In this document: piece by piece, positions 35,101 through 62,623 of the stretch
How the letters are laid out: the number at the start of each line of letters is the position of its first letter
How positions within the stretch are numbered: position 1 is the stretch's first letter
NCBI GenBank assembly: GCA_020137815.1
Contig: CM035362.1
Span: forward strand, 4,836,001-4,900,000
Source of the DNA: Hormiphora californensis
Taxonomy: Eukaryota > Animalia > Ctenophora
Direction: 5' to 3'
DNA length: 64,000 bases
The notes under the pieces: model-generated
Databases searched by the model: none
Seen by the model: only the letters and a program-made list of their open reading frames with translations
Told to the model about the DNA's origin: nothing
Program-made: the position numbers and the translations under genes

Positions 35101-38100
35101 GTACCAATTATCTGAGTACTAATACTGGACTGTACGAGGAGAATCTCTCTCACTTCTTTGGAGCTTGCTTTGTGGACTCACTTCTTTTGGATCTCGCTTC
35201 GTGGATTCACTTCTCCTATTTGGACTTTTAGATCTCTAGTGAGCTGCTTCGGTACTTAATTATTTACCCCACATTATATTTTTTTTGTCGTATTAGTTAA
35301 TTAAAATATACTAAAAGCCACACTTGCATATAATTTCATTATTCGCTCACTGTCACCTCAATATACCCGTGTGAGCAGTACAATCAACAATGTCCGATCT
35401 AGCCAACCCGGTGCTCAGTGCAACGGTGAAAGGGGGATCATTTGATTCTTTGTTTTCCGATTCGATTGATCTTGAAACGAGGGATGCACCACAATATTTA
35501 TCAAGAACCGACCGAATCAGGAAATACTGGTCCCTGATTGGCTGATAACCAGTCACGTGACCTAAATAACGAGTTCTGATTGGTTGTTTACTTGTTTCGG
35601 TCGGTTCCTGATATTTAATATGTTATCGGAAAACTATTAAATTCTAACAACTTTGATAAAAGAAGGGTAGTGTTGGTATTTATATGTAAACTAAATCTCT
35701 AACGCTCTCCGGTTGCTTTCGCACCCCACTGCCAGTCTCAACATTATATAATTCTAGCGGGAGACACAAGTAAACAACCAATCAGAACCCGTTATTTAGG
35801 TCACGTGACTGGTTATCAGCCAATCAGGGACCAGTATTTCCTGATTCGTTCGTACATTATATACATAATTTATGGGCCACCTTGTAATGTAAATTTGTTT
35901 TTGGTCAAGATTTCCTTTCAATGCGTCGCTTCCTTCCACATATTATTTTGCGTCTTGTTAGTTTTACCCTTATATTATGACGGGGCCATGATATTAACCC
36001 CCCCCCCCCCGTTTTAAAATACTTGTGTCATATTTATGTTACTAGTGGACCCAGACCATCCTACGGATGGGTGAAATGTGGGATCTGATACTCACTGGGA
36101 TGATCTGATAGTCTTCTTCTTCTTCTTCTTCTGATAGTCACTGGGGTGATCTGATCATGGGTGGGGTGATCTGATCCTCTATGGGATGATCTGATCTTGG
36201 GTGGGGGATCTGATCCTCAGTGGGGTGATCTGATCATGCATGTGGGGTGATGTGATCTGAACTCACCCCAGCTCTTAGCATGCTACTTGTTACGTGATCT
36301 GATCTTGATGACGACGATTTAGGGACCACCAAACATGCATGGGTGGGATCAAGTTTCGGGTGTTTTTGCATTATATAGTAAGACTAGCGCACCCATTGGG
36401 TGCGCCTCAAGTAAGGGCTTTTCGATAACCCACCCGGCTTCGCCGGGTGGTTCTTTTTGCCCCTTACAACGTCTAAAAAACGGTTGCCATGGCAACTGAA
36501 TTGGTAACTATGGGGACTGACATGTTAAAAGTCATTCGAAAATATTAACAAACTTCCACTGGAAGTTCCAAACTTTGGAATCCAAAGTGTGAATGACAGC
36601 TTATACAGCTTTGGTCATATGAAGTGTTTTATGAAGGAGCAGTGTGTCGCTTAGATACCGCTGAACGAACGACCACGACGTTCATCTCCAAATTATAATA
36701 GAGATAGAGAAACCTACTTAGCTAGCAGTGTTTGAATTTAAAGCGGCACACTACAGAGTACAGACGGCTACGAATAGCAACCTTATTTTCAATACCTTTT
36801 ACCAGGAACACACAAGTAAACAACCAATCAGAACTTGTTATTTAGGTCACGTGACTGGTTATCAGCCAATCAGCGACCCGTATTTCCTGATTCGGTCGGT
36901 TCCTGCATTTTGTAGTATGAGGCGTCTGCTCATGACTGGTTTGTGGTTTGGGCTTTTTGATGCATTGTTTGTACCGGAGAACTGTCGGATTGAGGTGGAT
37001 AGGGGATTCCTGAAGAAGAAATGTGACACAGTTGGATTTGACGGGGTTATTGCGGGCTACAATCTGTACCAATGTCACAACTCCAACAACTACTACTACT
37101 CTATCCCTTCCATTTCCTACCGTTCTGAAACTTGGATCCTGAATGCAACTTGTCCTAAAGACCGGATTTCCTATGACATGTGTGGGTACCTGGACACTGA
37201 TCTCTCGACTGTTGGAGGAGTGGGAGGCGGTCCGATATGCGGCATACTCGGCTGTTCAAATCCGCGACTCGGGTGCAACCCCGACTAGCCAGCGACATGT
37301 GCTCATTTCACAGCTTCTTATGTCAAAACTTCCAGTCTGGAACACTGCAAGATTACTGCCAGAAGAACGGTAATTATATATGTGATGGGGTCTGCAATTC
37401 AGTCAACTGTCACGACGAGGAACATTGTAACGGGTACACCTACGGGATGAAGTGTGGCAGTGCACAAATCACCCCCATGGACGTTTGCTTCATTGAGTGG
37501 CCGTGGATTTGTCAATCATCAATTTTAATTGGCCAGGTGAAGAATACCTCAGCATGCGAACCGGTGTTATGATAGGCAGGATGGGAACGCAGTACTGTAC
37601 AGGTTTGCACCTCTCAACACTGGGACTGGACAGGGAGGTTACCTCTCCTTAACTTTACCCGGTGTAGTACTATCAAGTGGAGTGCTGATATGGGGTTAAT
37701 CATCCCTCCGGAATATGTGCGGGAGCGATACAGTTACTTTCCCGTTTGTACCAACTTCATGGACCAAACGAACTGCAGTGATCCCGACAGGGTTGCCCTT
37801 TACTGTCCCATCAACGGGTACCGATCGAGCGTTGCAAAGTTAATGGTGTGCGGAGAACTCCAGATTGGGTTGTGTGATGATGGTCTTGATACGCTGTGCG
37901 TCCAGCCATCGGAACAGTGCCGAATCCACAAGCACCAGACTGTGCGATCTAAAATCGGACTGTACCCGTTCTGTTGATGAGAGGCAGTGTGAAAGTGTCA
38001 CCGCTAAAGGGCCGGGGTGCCGGAGAAAGTTGAGACCGGAGGAAGGGGCCACGTCAATACCCATATTATGGCTGATGGACGGTGTGGTGGACTGTGTGAA

Positions 38101-41100
38101 TGGAGAAGATGAGGTGGAGGGGAACTGGGAGAAGTGTGGGAGTGGAATTTACACGAGGTTTGTGACTGGGGATAGCGTGTGTGAGGATGTGCTTGTGTGC
38201 CGGTTCGGCCCCTCCGCAATTGTTCCCCAAAACTTGTTATGTGATGGCATAAACACGTGTGGTAGTGAGGATGGGGTTTGCCAGAAACATGTTACGAAGG
38301 TATTTCAAAGGTCCATCAAACAAGCGGGTGACGATTGGGTGAAGTATGTTGCGTTTTGCCAGCTTGGACTTGAGAGAACAATAACTGAGGATTGTGGAAC
38401 AGTTCAATTTACCCCCGTAGAAATGGGATCTATTTTCGGCGTTGCCAAATTTCCTGTCATCCATCTACCGGATTCGGTGAGTAGCTGTAGATATTTCTTT
38501 GGTGAGCAGTATGTGTATCTGGCGTGTAGTGGTCGATGTGGTAATTCTGCAAGGTGCCCCCTCCAAAGCACACCCCTCAAAACAACATCGTGCCCCGATC
38601 AATACAAGAATCGAGTCTACACCCTCTTCAAGGAGACCTCCCTTACATTCGTCCTAAAGAAGGAGGAGCACTTTGTCCAGGAGCTGTTCGAGTGTGATAA
38701 CGGCGGATGTCTAGAGTACCAGAAAGTCTGCAACCTGGTGGACGATTGTGGCGATGGGAGTGACGAGGGACGGTGTATCAACCATTTCAAGTGTCTCACA
38801 TCCGGACAGTACCTCTCTCTGGACAAGAAGTGCGATGGCGTGATTCATTGCTCTGACTACTCTGATGAGTGTAATGAACAATGCTCCAAGGCGATCCTGA
38901 CACCCCTTCTAAAATGTATCGCCATAGTTGTTGGTCTTGTCGCCTCGTTCCTGAACATCTGGACACTGTATCACAATGTGAGGGACATCATAGTCGGGAA
39001 TATGAACGAGATAGCCCTCGCCAACCATGTCCTGGTGTCTATGGTTTCTGTCGGTGATGCCATGACAGGGGTCTACCTTCTTCTCATCACTATCTCAGAC
39101 ATTGTCCAGGGCGACAAGTACTGTCTCAACCAAACTACATGGCTATCTGGATGGCCGTGTGAGGCACTCGGTATTCTAAGCACTTTTGGAAGCTGTATCT
39201 CCGTTTACTCCATGACCTTTCTGAGTATCAGTAGGGCCGTGGGGAGCAGTAGAAGCCTTTGCACTCAAACCCTACCCTGCGGCCCCTTCAAACTGGCTCT
39301 CGCACTAGGTATGTTTGCTGCCGTGATTTCTAGCCTACCCGTGGTCTTGACCAAGGCTAACAGCCGTCTGGAGGATATGTTTATTAATGGTCAAACTTGG
39401 AGTAAGCAACTAAAGTTCTTTGTGGGTGTCCAGGGGAAGGAAGAGCACTTGGAGGTTCTTGAGGGGTACTATGGACGTTTTCTGAAGATCAAAAGGGACA
39501 GTGAGGTAATGAAGTGGGACAAGATAACATCTTTAGTTCGTGGCATGTACACAGCGGATTATGGGAACCTAGAGGGACTGAATAATAAAGTTGGCTTCTA
39601 TGGTAATGAGGGAGTTTGCGTATTCAAATACTTTGTCATCCCCGATGACCCTCAATTTGCTTTTGTCCTGGCCTTTAAAGTGCTCAACATCTCTTGTTTG
39701 GCTATGATTTGTTTCTGCTACGTTATCATTGGTTACTACACAAGACAGAGCGTCCAGAGGTTGATGGCGGCGGCACCTGCCGGAGAAAACCATGTGAACC
39801 CGGCGATGAAGCAACGTCTCAAACTACAACAGAAGACCCAAAGAAAAGTCACCCTCATCATTGCGACAGATTTGATGTGCTGGCTACCCATGATGATCAC
39901 ATCCTGCTTCCACATGGCCGAGGTAATTGATGCGACCCCGTTCTACGACATATTTTCTGTCATAGTCCTGCCCATCAACTCTGTGCTAAATCCCATGATT
40001 TACAGCGACAAAGTATATAGTATGGCGAAAAATATGGGAGATTATGGAAAGTCTGGCTTCGATTTCATCATGGCCAAAATGGACCGGGTGGTGCCCAATC
40101 TTGAAATTGAGATGTATGATCTACCTCCTCCTCCTCTTCCTCTTCCTCCTCCTCCTCCTCCTGAATAAACGTGGACCGAATGAATCCGTACAGCAAGGTC
40201 GAACACTCACACGACTTGGCTAAATTTAGCAACCATGAACCATGATGTGGATACGTTTTGAACAACTTTTCTGTTTTACTCTTGCTGTTTGGCAATTAGC
40301 TCTTTAGAGCAATTTATCTTCGAGCTGTTTTTCTCTTTCTTATCTAAATGTTTCAAACATGGCTTTTTTATTCTAGAAGCTAACCAGAGGGGGTCTCGAA
40401 CGACACCCTGCAGAAAACCTTTGGTAAATATCGTCTGGAAACCTTCTCTGGGGTTGTCAATTATACTATGTAATGGAGTCCCTTCCCCTAAGACACTAAA
40501 AACACGTCGATCTCACTCACTGGCCTTAAAGTGAGAGTGGACCGAATCAGAATTGGACAAGTTTGTTGTAGGTAGTAGAGATTAGCTCTCTGAGCATAAT
40601 GCGTTTTTGCCGCTAAAAATCGACCCACCCATCACTGAGATATTTTTGTTATGTTGGGAGAACTCCTGTTTAATCAGTATGTAAAAAACAGAATAGAAAC
40701 AATCGTCATGTTTTCCTAACACATTCTGAATATAAGCAGTGAGGTTGACATGTTCATGCACAGAAGCAGAACAATGCAAGTTATCATATTGAAAATTTAA
40801 AGAATGTGTTAGTAAAACACAAGGATTGTTTCTATCCTGTTTGATAAATATTGATCCAGCAGAAATTCTCCCAACATAACAAAAATATATCAGTGATGGG
40901 TGGGTCGATTTTGAGCGGCAAAAACGGAAAATGCTCAGAAAGCTAATCTCTACCACCTACAACAAACTTGTCCAATTCTGATTCGGTCCACTCTCACTTT
41001 AAAGTTAGGTCAAACTCTGGGCAATCTTGCTTTACCTCGTCTCTTAGGCATGGGACGGAAGATCACACACACACATGTAAACACACAAGTCACAACTCTA

Positions 41101-42987
41101 AAATACCCAGTGGTTTACCTGTGCAATAGTTTTGACAGGCTCTGAATCAGCAGGTTTATCCACCTCCATCCCCTCCTCTCCTCCCTCCTTCTCTCCTCCC
41201 TCCTCAGCGGGGGCGGGTTTCTTGGGTTTCACACCGAGACCCTCCATAACATGGTCAATAAAGTGCTGGGTGGCACTCTCATACACATCAAAACAGATCT
41301 GGAACACCATCAGCTGCTCCTCCTGAGGGGGGGGGGGAGGTTAGACAATTAGACAAGGAAAGATTTTCCAGGATATACACGGAGGAAAAGGGCTTTGCCC
41401 AGTATATAATCGGGGTCTAACTGTAATTCCAACTACAACTACAGTTTTTTACCTCATTTCCGGAAATAAGTTTGTTGAGAATGTTAACGACAGTTTGGGG
41501 TTCATTCAGGTAGATATGACATTGACACATATTGGTGTAGTCAGGGGTGGATAGATTGGTGTAGAGTCTCACCAACAGCTGTAGCACCTGTAGGAATGTG
41601 TTTTTTGTGTAATAACAGGATGGATCAATATCCAAATCTTCAGTTCATCCAGATGAGGGATAAACTGAAGATTTGGAATTTGTTTTTCACAGCTCTATCA
41701 CTACACAATATTATATTCACTATTCAGTATATTGAACGGCATCTAATATATCAAACCATTGTGTTACCTTGTTCCTAACGGTTCGTGTCTGGAGAAGGGA
41801 CATGGCAATGTTGAGAGAATAGCTCAACATACCAGCCACATCTTCGCTCTTCATTATAGCTGACTCCAACATGTCATACCTCCTAGATTCAAGTGCGATC
41901 CCAACCGCCTGGCAGAGGGAGAGTGAGTTTTAAAAACGTGTCCATATAAGCAGCTTTCACCACCTCCGATTTAATTGATGATACATAGTAGATATGATGG
42001 ATAGAGTATTAAATACAAACATATTCCCCTTTCATATCATGGAAGGGTCAGGAACCAACCGAATCAGGAAATACTGGTCCCTGATTGGCCAGTCACGTGA
42101 CCTAATTAACGAGTTCTGATTGGTTGTTTACTTGTGTCGGTCGGTTTCTGGTAAGGGTTATTATATTAAACCTGTTTGTATCGTGAGTCATCGAAGCACC
42201 GCTGGAACATCTTGTCAACGATCTGCTCGAGTCTCTTGTCAATGGTAACCTCCTCTCCCCCATCCACCATCTTAACTCGCAGTCCGGTGTACTGGTCAAT
42301 AGCACGGGCTGTTGGGTGTTTCTATTTAGAATTTAGATAATTTAAATGAAATTATAATCTCCACAGATAAAGCATAGTGGTAGTCCAGGAATAGTGGAAT
42401 TTAAAAAAATGGCCCTTTTTACCATATTTTCCTGGACTGGGAGGGAAGAAAGAGCAGCTGCGGAACCCCTCCGAACTCACAAACACCGATTGGCATCACA
42501 AATGACAAAATTAAATAAAAATCTGAATTCACTCACCCACTACAGTATCGACATATTCGCTATACTGGTTGAAGATCCAGAAGGGAGGCAGCACCGAGAG
42601 CGTAGTGCAGGGCATCGTCATATGCTCCCAGGTGATAGTACACCTTGGAGGCAACCAGTGCGGAAAGTTCCCGCTCCTCAAAGGTCTCATCCTCAAACAG
42701 TATCTCACTGCGAAATGTACAGATATAAGTTTGATGTATCCATTCTACTATTTGGTGCAGTTACCCTGGTTTTAGAAATTTTAGAAACATAATGTTCAGT
42801 AGACGTTTATGTTACTTACATTTTGTCGACAACATCAGAGATTTCTGCCCAGAACTCAGTGAACAATCAGATTCAACTTGTTAAGGGCGAACTTTTTGAG
42901 CTCGGGCTGGGGTTCACTGAGCAGAGAGATGACACCAGCTGCAGATGTTATCCCTGCGCTGTTGTAGTTCATTGTAGATACGGACAT
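22249..42987 (-). CDS. PSMD1: 26S proteasome non-ATPase regulatory subunit 1 (Rpn2), about 21 exons
   Basis: Exon translations match hallmark segments: [113 protein letters not shown], and C-terminal [10 protein letters not shown] few 1-nt indels are probably assembly errors. Confidence 0.96.
24253..25122. mobile_element. Possible non-autonomous Helitron/Helentron-like element
   Basis: Begins actag...; ends with hairpin ttcgccc-gta-gggcgaa followed by cgggtttactagt; carries a fragment of the 29812 element. Boundaries inferred. Confidence 0.35.
25485..25578. repeat. 15-bp minisatellite (tggtatggagggtgt)x6
   Basis: Direct reading. Confidence 0.9.
25882..27000. repeat. Composite intronic repeat: ~75-bp inverted repeats (25882-25956 / 26267-26341) flanking a (CT)n tract, then ~163-bp tandem units
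   Basis: aaatttagtccaaaaacc...gtaacacct and its reverse complement; aatatgtccatgaaaacgttctaggacc recurs at ~26483, 26647, 26809. Confidence 0.75.
28119..28405. mobile_element. Palindromic MITE with ~70-bp TIRs containing (CA)n
   Basis: taatgagtaaacacacacacacgcattgagcaagctcaatg...gtatagggc and its reverse complement; a half copy lies near 24152-24184. Confidence 0.8.
28757..28895. repeat. (GAGAG)n microsatellite forming the polypyrimidine tract of a PSMD1 acceptor
   Basis: Direct reading. Confidence 0.95.
29812..30407. mobile_element. TIR element with poly-G/poly-C ends and internal (ttttttagct)n repeats
   Basis: ggggggggtccagccctaaaaaaagctaa / ttagctttttttagggctggacccccccc; ttgtgt on both flanks. 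Confidence 0.8.
30886..33382 (+). pseudogene. Unknown intron-containing mini-gene/element, copy 2 (ATG 30961, intron 32869-32962, stop 33194), split by the foldback at 30987-32623 and nested antisense in a PSMD1 intron
   Basis: Removing the foldback gives [34 protein letters not shown]...[20 protein letters not shown]|[26 protein letters not shown]...; homologous to copy 1; contains stops and indels. Confidence 0.65.
30987..32623. mobile_element. Foldback non-autonomous transposon, ~805-bp arms, Chapaev-like (CACGGTG...CACCGTG, 4-bp TSD TGAT)
   Basis: Near-perfect palindrome centred at ~31805; tgat on both flanks; mirrored ORFs in the track. Confidence 0.92.
33661..34537. repeat. 57-bp minisatellite (~15 copies) containing the PSMD1 splice acceptor and the first 11 exon nt
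   Basis: Unit atagcggaatcctgaagagagaggggagggttaatatagtgggggagctggaggtta; reads ...cctctctcttcag|gattccgctat on the - strand. Confidence 0.93.
36085..36310. repeat. Degenerate short tandem repeat (ggggtgatctgatc core)
   Basis: Repeated gatctgat cores at roughly 20-bp spacing. Confidence 0.7.
36917..40168 (+). CDS. Intronless LDLa-repeat class A GPCR (GRL101/RXFP-like 7TM, no LRRs seen), nested antisense in a PSMD1 intron; three frameshifts near 37280, 37570, 37935
   Basis: Signal-like [14 protein letters not shown]; LDLa motifs [27 protein letters not shown] and [28 protein letters not shown]; 7TM with [40 protein letters not shown]. Confidence 0.88.
40530..40998. mobile_element. Kolobok-like MITE (TTAA TSD, AG...CT termini)
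   Basis: ttaa|agtgagagtggaccgaatcagaattggacaagtttgttgtaggt ... acctacaacaaacttgtccaattctgattcggtccactctcact|ttaa. Confidence 0.85.
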
Positions 42988-43496
42988 ACCTCACTACTGG
43001 GGAATTGGATAAATTTCAAACATCAAAATCTTCCTCAACTACTGAACATTCAGAAAACAGATTGGTGTCGCCAATCTTTGGCACATAAAAGTAGCATAAT
43101 TCATTATGAGGCCTATTCCTGTAATTCGCCTGTCCTTTTATTTGTGTCTCCCAGCAGAGTTTTAACTTGTTACGGCCCTAAAGTCAAAAATTGTAGGTGA
43201 AAGCCTTGAAAATCGAGGAAGAAATAAAAAAAGTCTGTTAAAAAGTTTGGGCCCGGGAAGGATTTTTATGGGAAAAAACTTAACTTTTTGTTAGCGCGCG
43301 CTCTGATAAAGAGTATTTGATGGCAGCGCACAAGTAAATTTAGTGCGCATTACAACTAAATTTTTCGAAAGCGCCGCGCATATGATTGAGTCATCGAGGA
43401 ACCCGGAACACATGCGTCACAGCTGCTTGACCAATCAAAACACAGAGAAAAAAGAGAAAATAAAATTCTCAGGAGACGGGTCAACCTTTACCGCTT

Positions 43497-43996
<500 letters not shown>

Positions 43997-44074
43997 CTGT
44001 GAGAGACAGAGGGGCAAAGAGAAAGTTCCTGGTATTGATTGACACAAGCTGAGGCTGTTCATCACGAAAGACAT

Positions 44075-44535
44075 TATAGACGCATCATAGACGTACGAAG
44101 CAAAAGAATTCGGTGAGACGTTTTATAGACGTAGTATAGACGAATTTTCAAAAAGTTTCCTTGGGATGTACCAACATTTCTGAAAGCGTCTTTAAAACGT
44201 CTTAAATTGCCGATAATGCGTCTTGCAAGATTTCGAGCAATGAGGTTTTTGTTGAGACGTAACGTCTATTTAAAGTACGTCTATAGTACGTCTGACCCGT
44301 CTTTACTACGTCTATAGTGCGTCTATCGTGCGTCTATAGTGTGTCTATAGTACGTTTATAGTACGTTTTTCTCGTCGCTAAGGCGTCCATACTACGTCTA
44401 TACTACGTCTGACTACGTCTATAGTACGTCTTCGAGTATGTCTGTCAATAATACGTCTGTCGGTAATACGTCTGTTGGTAATACGTCTATAGTACGTCTA
44501 TAATACGTCGCTACTACGTCTATCCTACGTCTCCC
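44075..44535. repeat. Repeat with many tagacgt/acgtcta motifs in opposing orientation (probable MITE remnant)
   Basis: Dense ACGTCTA motifs; similar motifs occur inside the 55006 element; ends not resolved. Confidence 0.5.
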
Positions 44536-44621
44536 GCAAATCGTTATTTGCCGGTTCAGTTTACTCTTACATTGATGCTCCCTTTTGACGAGACAGAAAA
44601 GCCTATAGTGGCAAAACTATT

Positions 44622-45610
44622 GTTAGAACCCCGGACGGACTAACAGACATATTTGAAATAGTTGCCGGGGTGTTGCAGGGAGATACACTAGCGCCCTACC
44701 TGTTTATCATTGTGCTCGATTACTGTATGCGGACAGCACTGGAGAGGCACCCTGATATTGGATTTACACTGAAACCTGCCCGAAGTAGAAGAGTTTGTGC
44801 AAAGAGAGTAACTGACACAGATTTTGCTGATGACGTTGCTCTTCTTGCTGATTCGGTGGAGGATCTTGGGGTTCTTATGCGGGAGGTGGAGAGCACCTGC
44901 AAGGAGGTAGGGCTAGAAATAAATCGAGCTAAGACGGAATACATGGTCGAGGGAATTCCGGATCCTGGTACTCTCCACAGTATCGACGGAACCTGTATCA
45001 AACTCTCAGACGACTTTAAGTATCTTGGCTCTTGGATAAGAGACTCAAAGAGGGACATCAAGGTTAGGAAGGCTAAGGCCTGGAATGCATGTCATGGGCT
45101 CAGGAACATCTGGACGTCGAAACTCAGAGACGAGATCAAAGCTAGACTTTTTGTAGCAACAGTTGAAACGGTCCTCCTGTATGGATGCGAAACCTGGACG
45201 CTTACAAAGGATATGGAGCGGAGTCTCAATGGTACCTACACCAGAATGCTGAGGATGGCACTAAATAAGAACCAGTACCTCCTCCAGATGAACAACGCGA
45301 CATTGTATGGTATCGGGAAACTCCCTATTCTCAGCACCAAGATCGCTGAAAGGAGACTCAGACTCGCCGGCCATGCTGCACGTCATCCGGAACTAACGCT
45401 CAACAAAGTGTTACTTTGGGAGCCTCTCCACGGACACTCCAGACGAGGGCGACCAAAACAGACCTTTGTGGATGTATTGCGGCGGGACACGGGACTCAGG
45501 GAAACCTCCGAAATAGCTTCTTTGATGGCTGATCGTGTAGAGTGGAGGAATGTTATCCATGGAGTTCGGAAATACCACACGTGGAATCCGCCCTAAGTCA
45601 AAAGTCAATA
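44622..45610 (+). mobile_element. 5'-truncated non-LTR retrotransposon (RTE-like clade), reverse transcriptase C-terminal half
   Basis: GVLQGDTLAPYLFIIVLD, DFADDVAL, FKYLGS, LLYGCETWTL, RRLRLAGH, RRGRP; ends in short aagtc repeats right after the stop. Confidence 0.92.
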
Positions 45611-46720
45611 ACGATGGTGGACACAATGGGACAACAGATGGTTTAGCACCTAGGATCTAGGATTATCTTCCATTCTTTTGTGATTATTGTATAGCAAAGT
45701 TGTTTTGGACTGTCGTGCGAAAACTATCAACTAGTCTCACGTGCTAGGTTATACCTTGCGTGAAAACCAATTAACGAGTTTCAGCCACCATATAAAAGCA
45801 AATCTACCAAAGTTGAACACCAGTTTCATGGATACAGACACTCTGAATCACGTCAATTGTTTAGGAACCCTTACAGTCGGCTAATCTTAGTTATTCTTTT
45901 TTTCACAATGGTTGACAACAACTATTAGTTGTTCCTTCACACATTCTGATGCTGGTGAACGTCCACTAGCGCTGACATATTACATCCATGTTTGGAGAAC
46001 ATGTCCGTCACATCTCGTATCCTGATCCCGAGTGAGTGCCGACATTGGTTATGTCTAAAGTGCATGTTAACTTTTGTAGAGTCAACTGGTTGGAACTGGA
46101 ACAGCAGCCCTAAATGTGGGATCTCTCTTTTCCGTAGTATGAAAATGGTATGTTTATAGTTTATAAGACATAATATTAGACCTTAAAAAATTCCGTTGTT
46201 TTTAATTTGTATAAGACATAATATTATGTAAGTAATCAGTAATAAGTATTATAATACTTGTTACTGTTTAACTAACACCGTTCCATATTTCCAGGATGTG
46301 GCGGTTAACTATCAAATCGCTTCGAGGGTAGAACGACGATTGATTGATTTGGTTTATGGCTCAGGGAGAACACGACATAATGATATTTTGTTGACTGTTT
46401 CAAGATATTCTATCGGGGATAGGAGAGAGAGGGTGGTTCATTGGCAACTATAATTCCAGTTCTAGAGTTAGAAGACAGTCAGGATGAGGTGCGGAGAAGG
46501 GTTAGAGAATGGAGAGAGATGAGAGAAAGTATAGTAGGTGGGAATAGAGAAGGAAGAAGAGGATTGCAGAGAGAATCAAGAGAGATGAATGAGGAGTATG
46601 AAGTTGAATACCGCATAAATATGATTAATTTTATTAGAGAACAAAGAAATAGAACTAATACTCAGTTAGTTCAACAGAATCAGAAATTATTCATATACCC
46701 TCTGCAATTCCAAAGATGAA

Positions 46721-46806
46721 CATTATTAACCATTATTAACCATTATTAACCATTATTAACCATTATTAACCATTATTAACCATTATTAACCATTATTAAC
46801 CATTAT
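46721..46806. repeat. 10-bp tandem repeat (cattattaac)x8
   Basis: Direct reading. Confidence 0.95.
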
Positions 46807-47930
46807 AAGTTGCAGATTGTTGTTCATTTGTTTGCAAATCCAAATGTATAAAATTAGCATGACAAGGGCCAAGGACTGACAGTGACATGTGACTGTCCTG
46901 CTGTCGGATATAATTCTGCACAGTGCACTACACATTGTTCGAGTTTCCAGCAGGAACCGACCGAATCAGGAAATACTGGTCCCTGATTGGCTGATAACCA
47001 GTCACGTGACCTAAATAACGAGTTCTGATTGGTTGTTTACTTGTTTCGGTCGGTTCCTGGTTTCCAGACCACAGCCCAGCCTGAGTCAAACTGAGACATT
47101 ATCGTCACGGCCGTGATCATGAGTTTGCTTCGGAGCTGTTCTGATCCTTCTGAGCTGTGATTGATCAAAACATTAAAACACTTTGGCCAGACGTGAACAT
47201 TTCCGCGGTCCCTTATAGCGACGCGAATGCGATCTGTGAATTACAGTCCAATGGTCTTCTGCTGCAGGTGACATGACAGAGTTCGACACACATGGAACAT
47301 GGCGATGTCAATGCCTGTGCAGTGCAGTGTAGGAGTGAATGCATCACCAAGGGACATTGAGACACACAGGAGTTGGAGGATCACTGGGCTAGTCGCTCAG
47401 TGCAGCCAGTTGGCCAGTTGGCTTCTGCTCAGATTACATTGTCTGAGGAGAAGCCCATGACTGGCCATTGTCTGAGACAAGAGTAGCTACCATCAGTCGT
47501 TGAGTCGTTGATTCGACAAAATCTTTTTAAAAAAATCAATACTAAAGTGTTTAAAACGAGATTGAAAACGGTCTCAGAAACAATTAGAAAATTTGATAAA
47601 ACTCTTGAGCAGACAATAATTTTTTTGACTGAAAGTGAAAGACTCTCCATAAATATCACAAAGACTCAGACTCAGTTTTTAAATCGACCCGCAACAAAAA
47701 CAATATCAAGCGTCTAACTCCCCCCTTACACAAGTAAACAACCAATCAGAAATCGTTATTTGGGTCACGTGATTAGTTATCAGCCAATCAGGGACCAGTA
47801 TTTCCTGATTTGGTCAGTTCCTGAACTCCCCCCTTACACAGTTTCTGGTGTGTTTGAATGTTTTTGATTCTCCTCCCCGCTATAATTGCGACTAATTATA
47901 TCAGCTCTACTCTAGGACATGGAGGATATA

Positions 47931-62221
<14,291 letters not shown>

Positions 62222-62428
62222 ATTGCTGGGTAACACGCCCCACAAACACAAATCTTAGAAAAATGCAAGTGCAGTTTAATAAACTAATCTAGTCATGTAT
62301 TTCAAGTGAATTGACACACAATGTGAAATGGAGTAAGAATATGAAGAAATTAATTAGGAAATTTTAACGAACTACGAAACGGCAGTGGGAGTCGGAAGGA
62401 AAGTCGTTTAGAATTGATCTTGAAACAA

Positions 62429-62518
<90 letters not shown>

Positions 62519-62555
62519 GTCTCTCTCTCTCTCTCTCCTCTCTCTTCTCTCTCTC

Positions 62556-62623
<68 letters not shown>

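Noticed and set aside
34990-35260. Possible LTR remnant (tggcgtca PBS-like motif, purine tract, short direct repeats)
   Set aside because: No paired LTRs, TSD or coding remnants could be established.
46295-46719. Possible exon/ORF with an RE-rich segment
   Set aside because: Frame is interrupted, no recognisable domain, and no consistent gene model.
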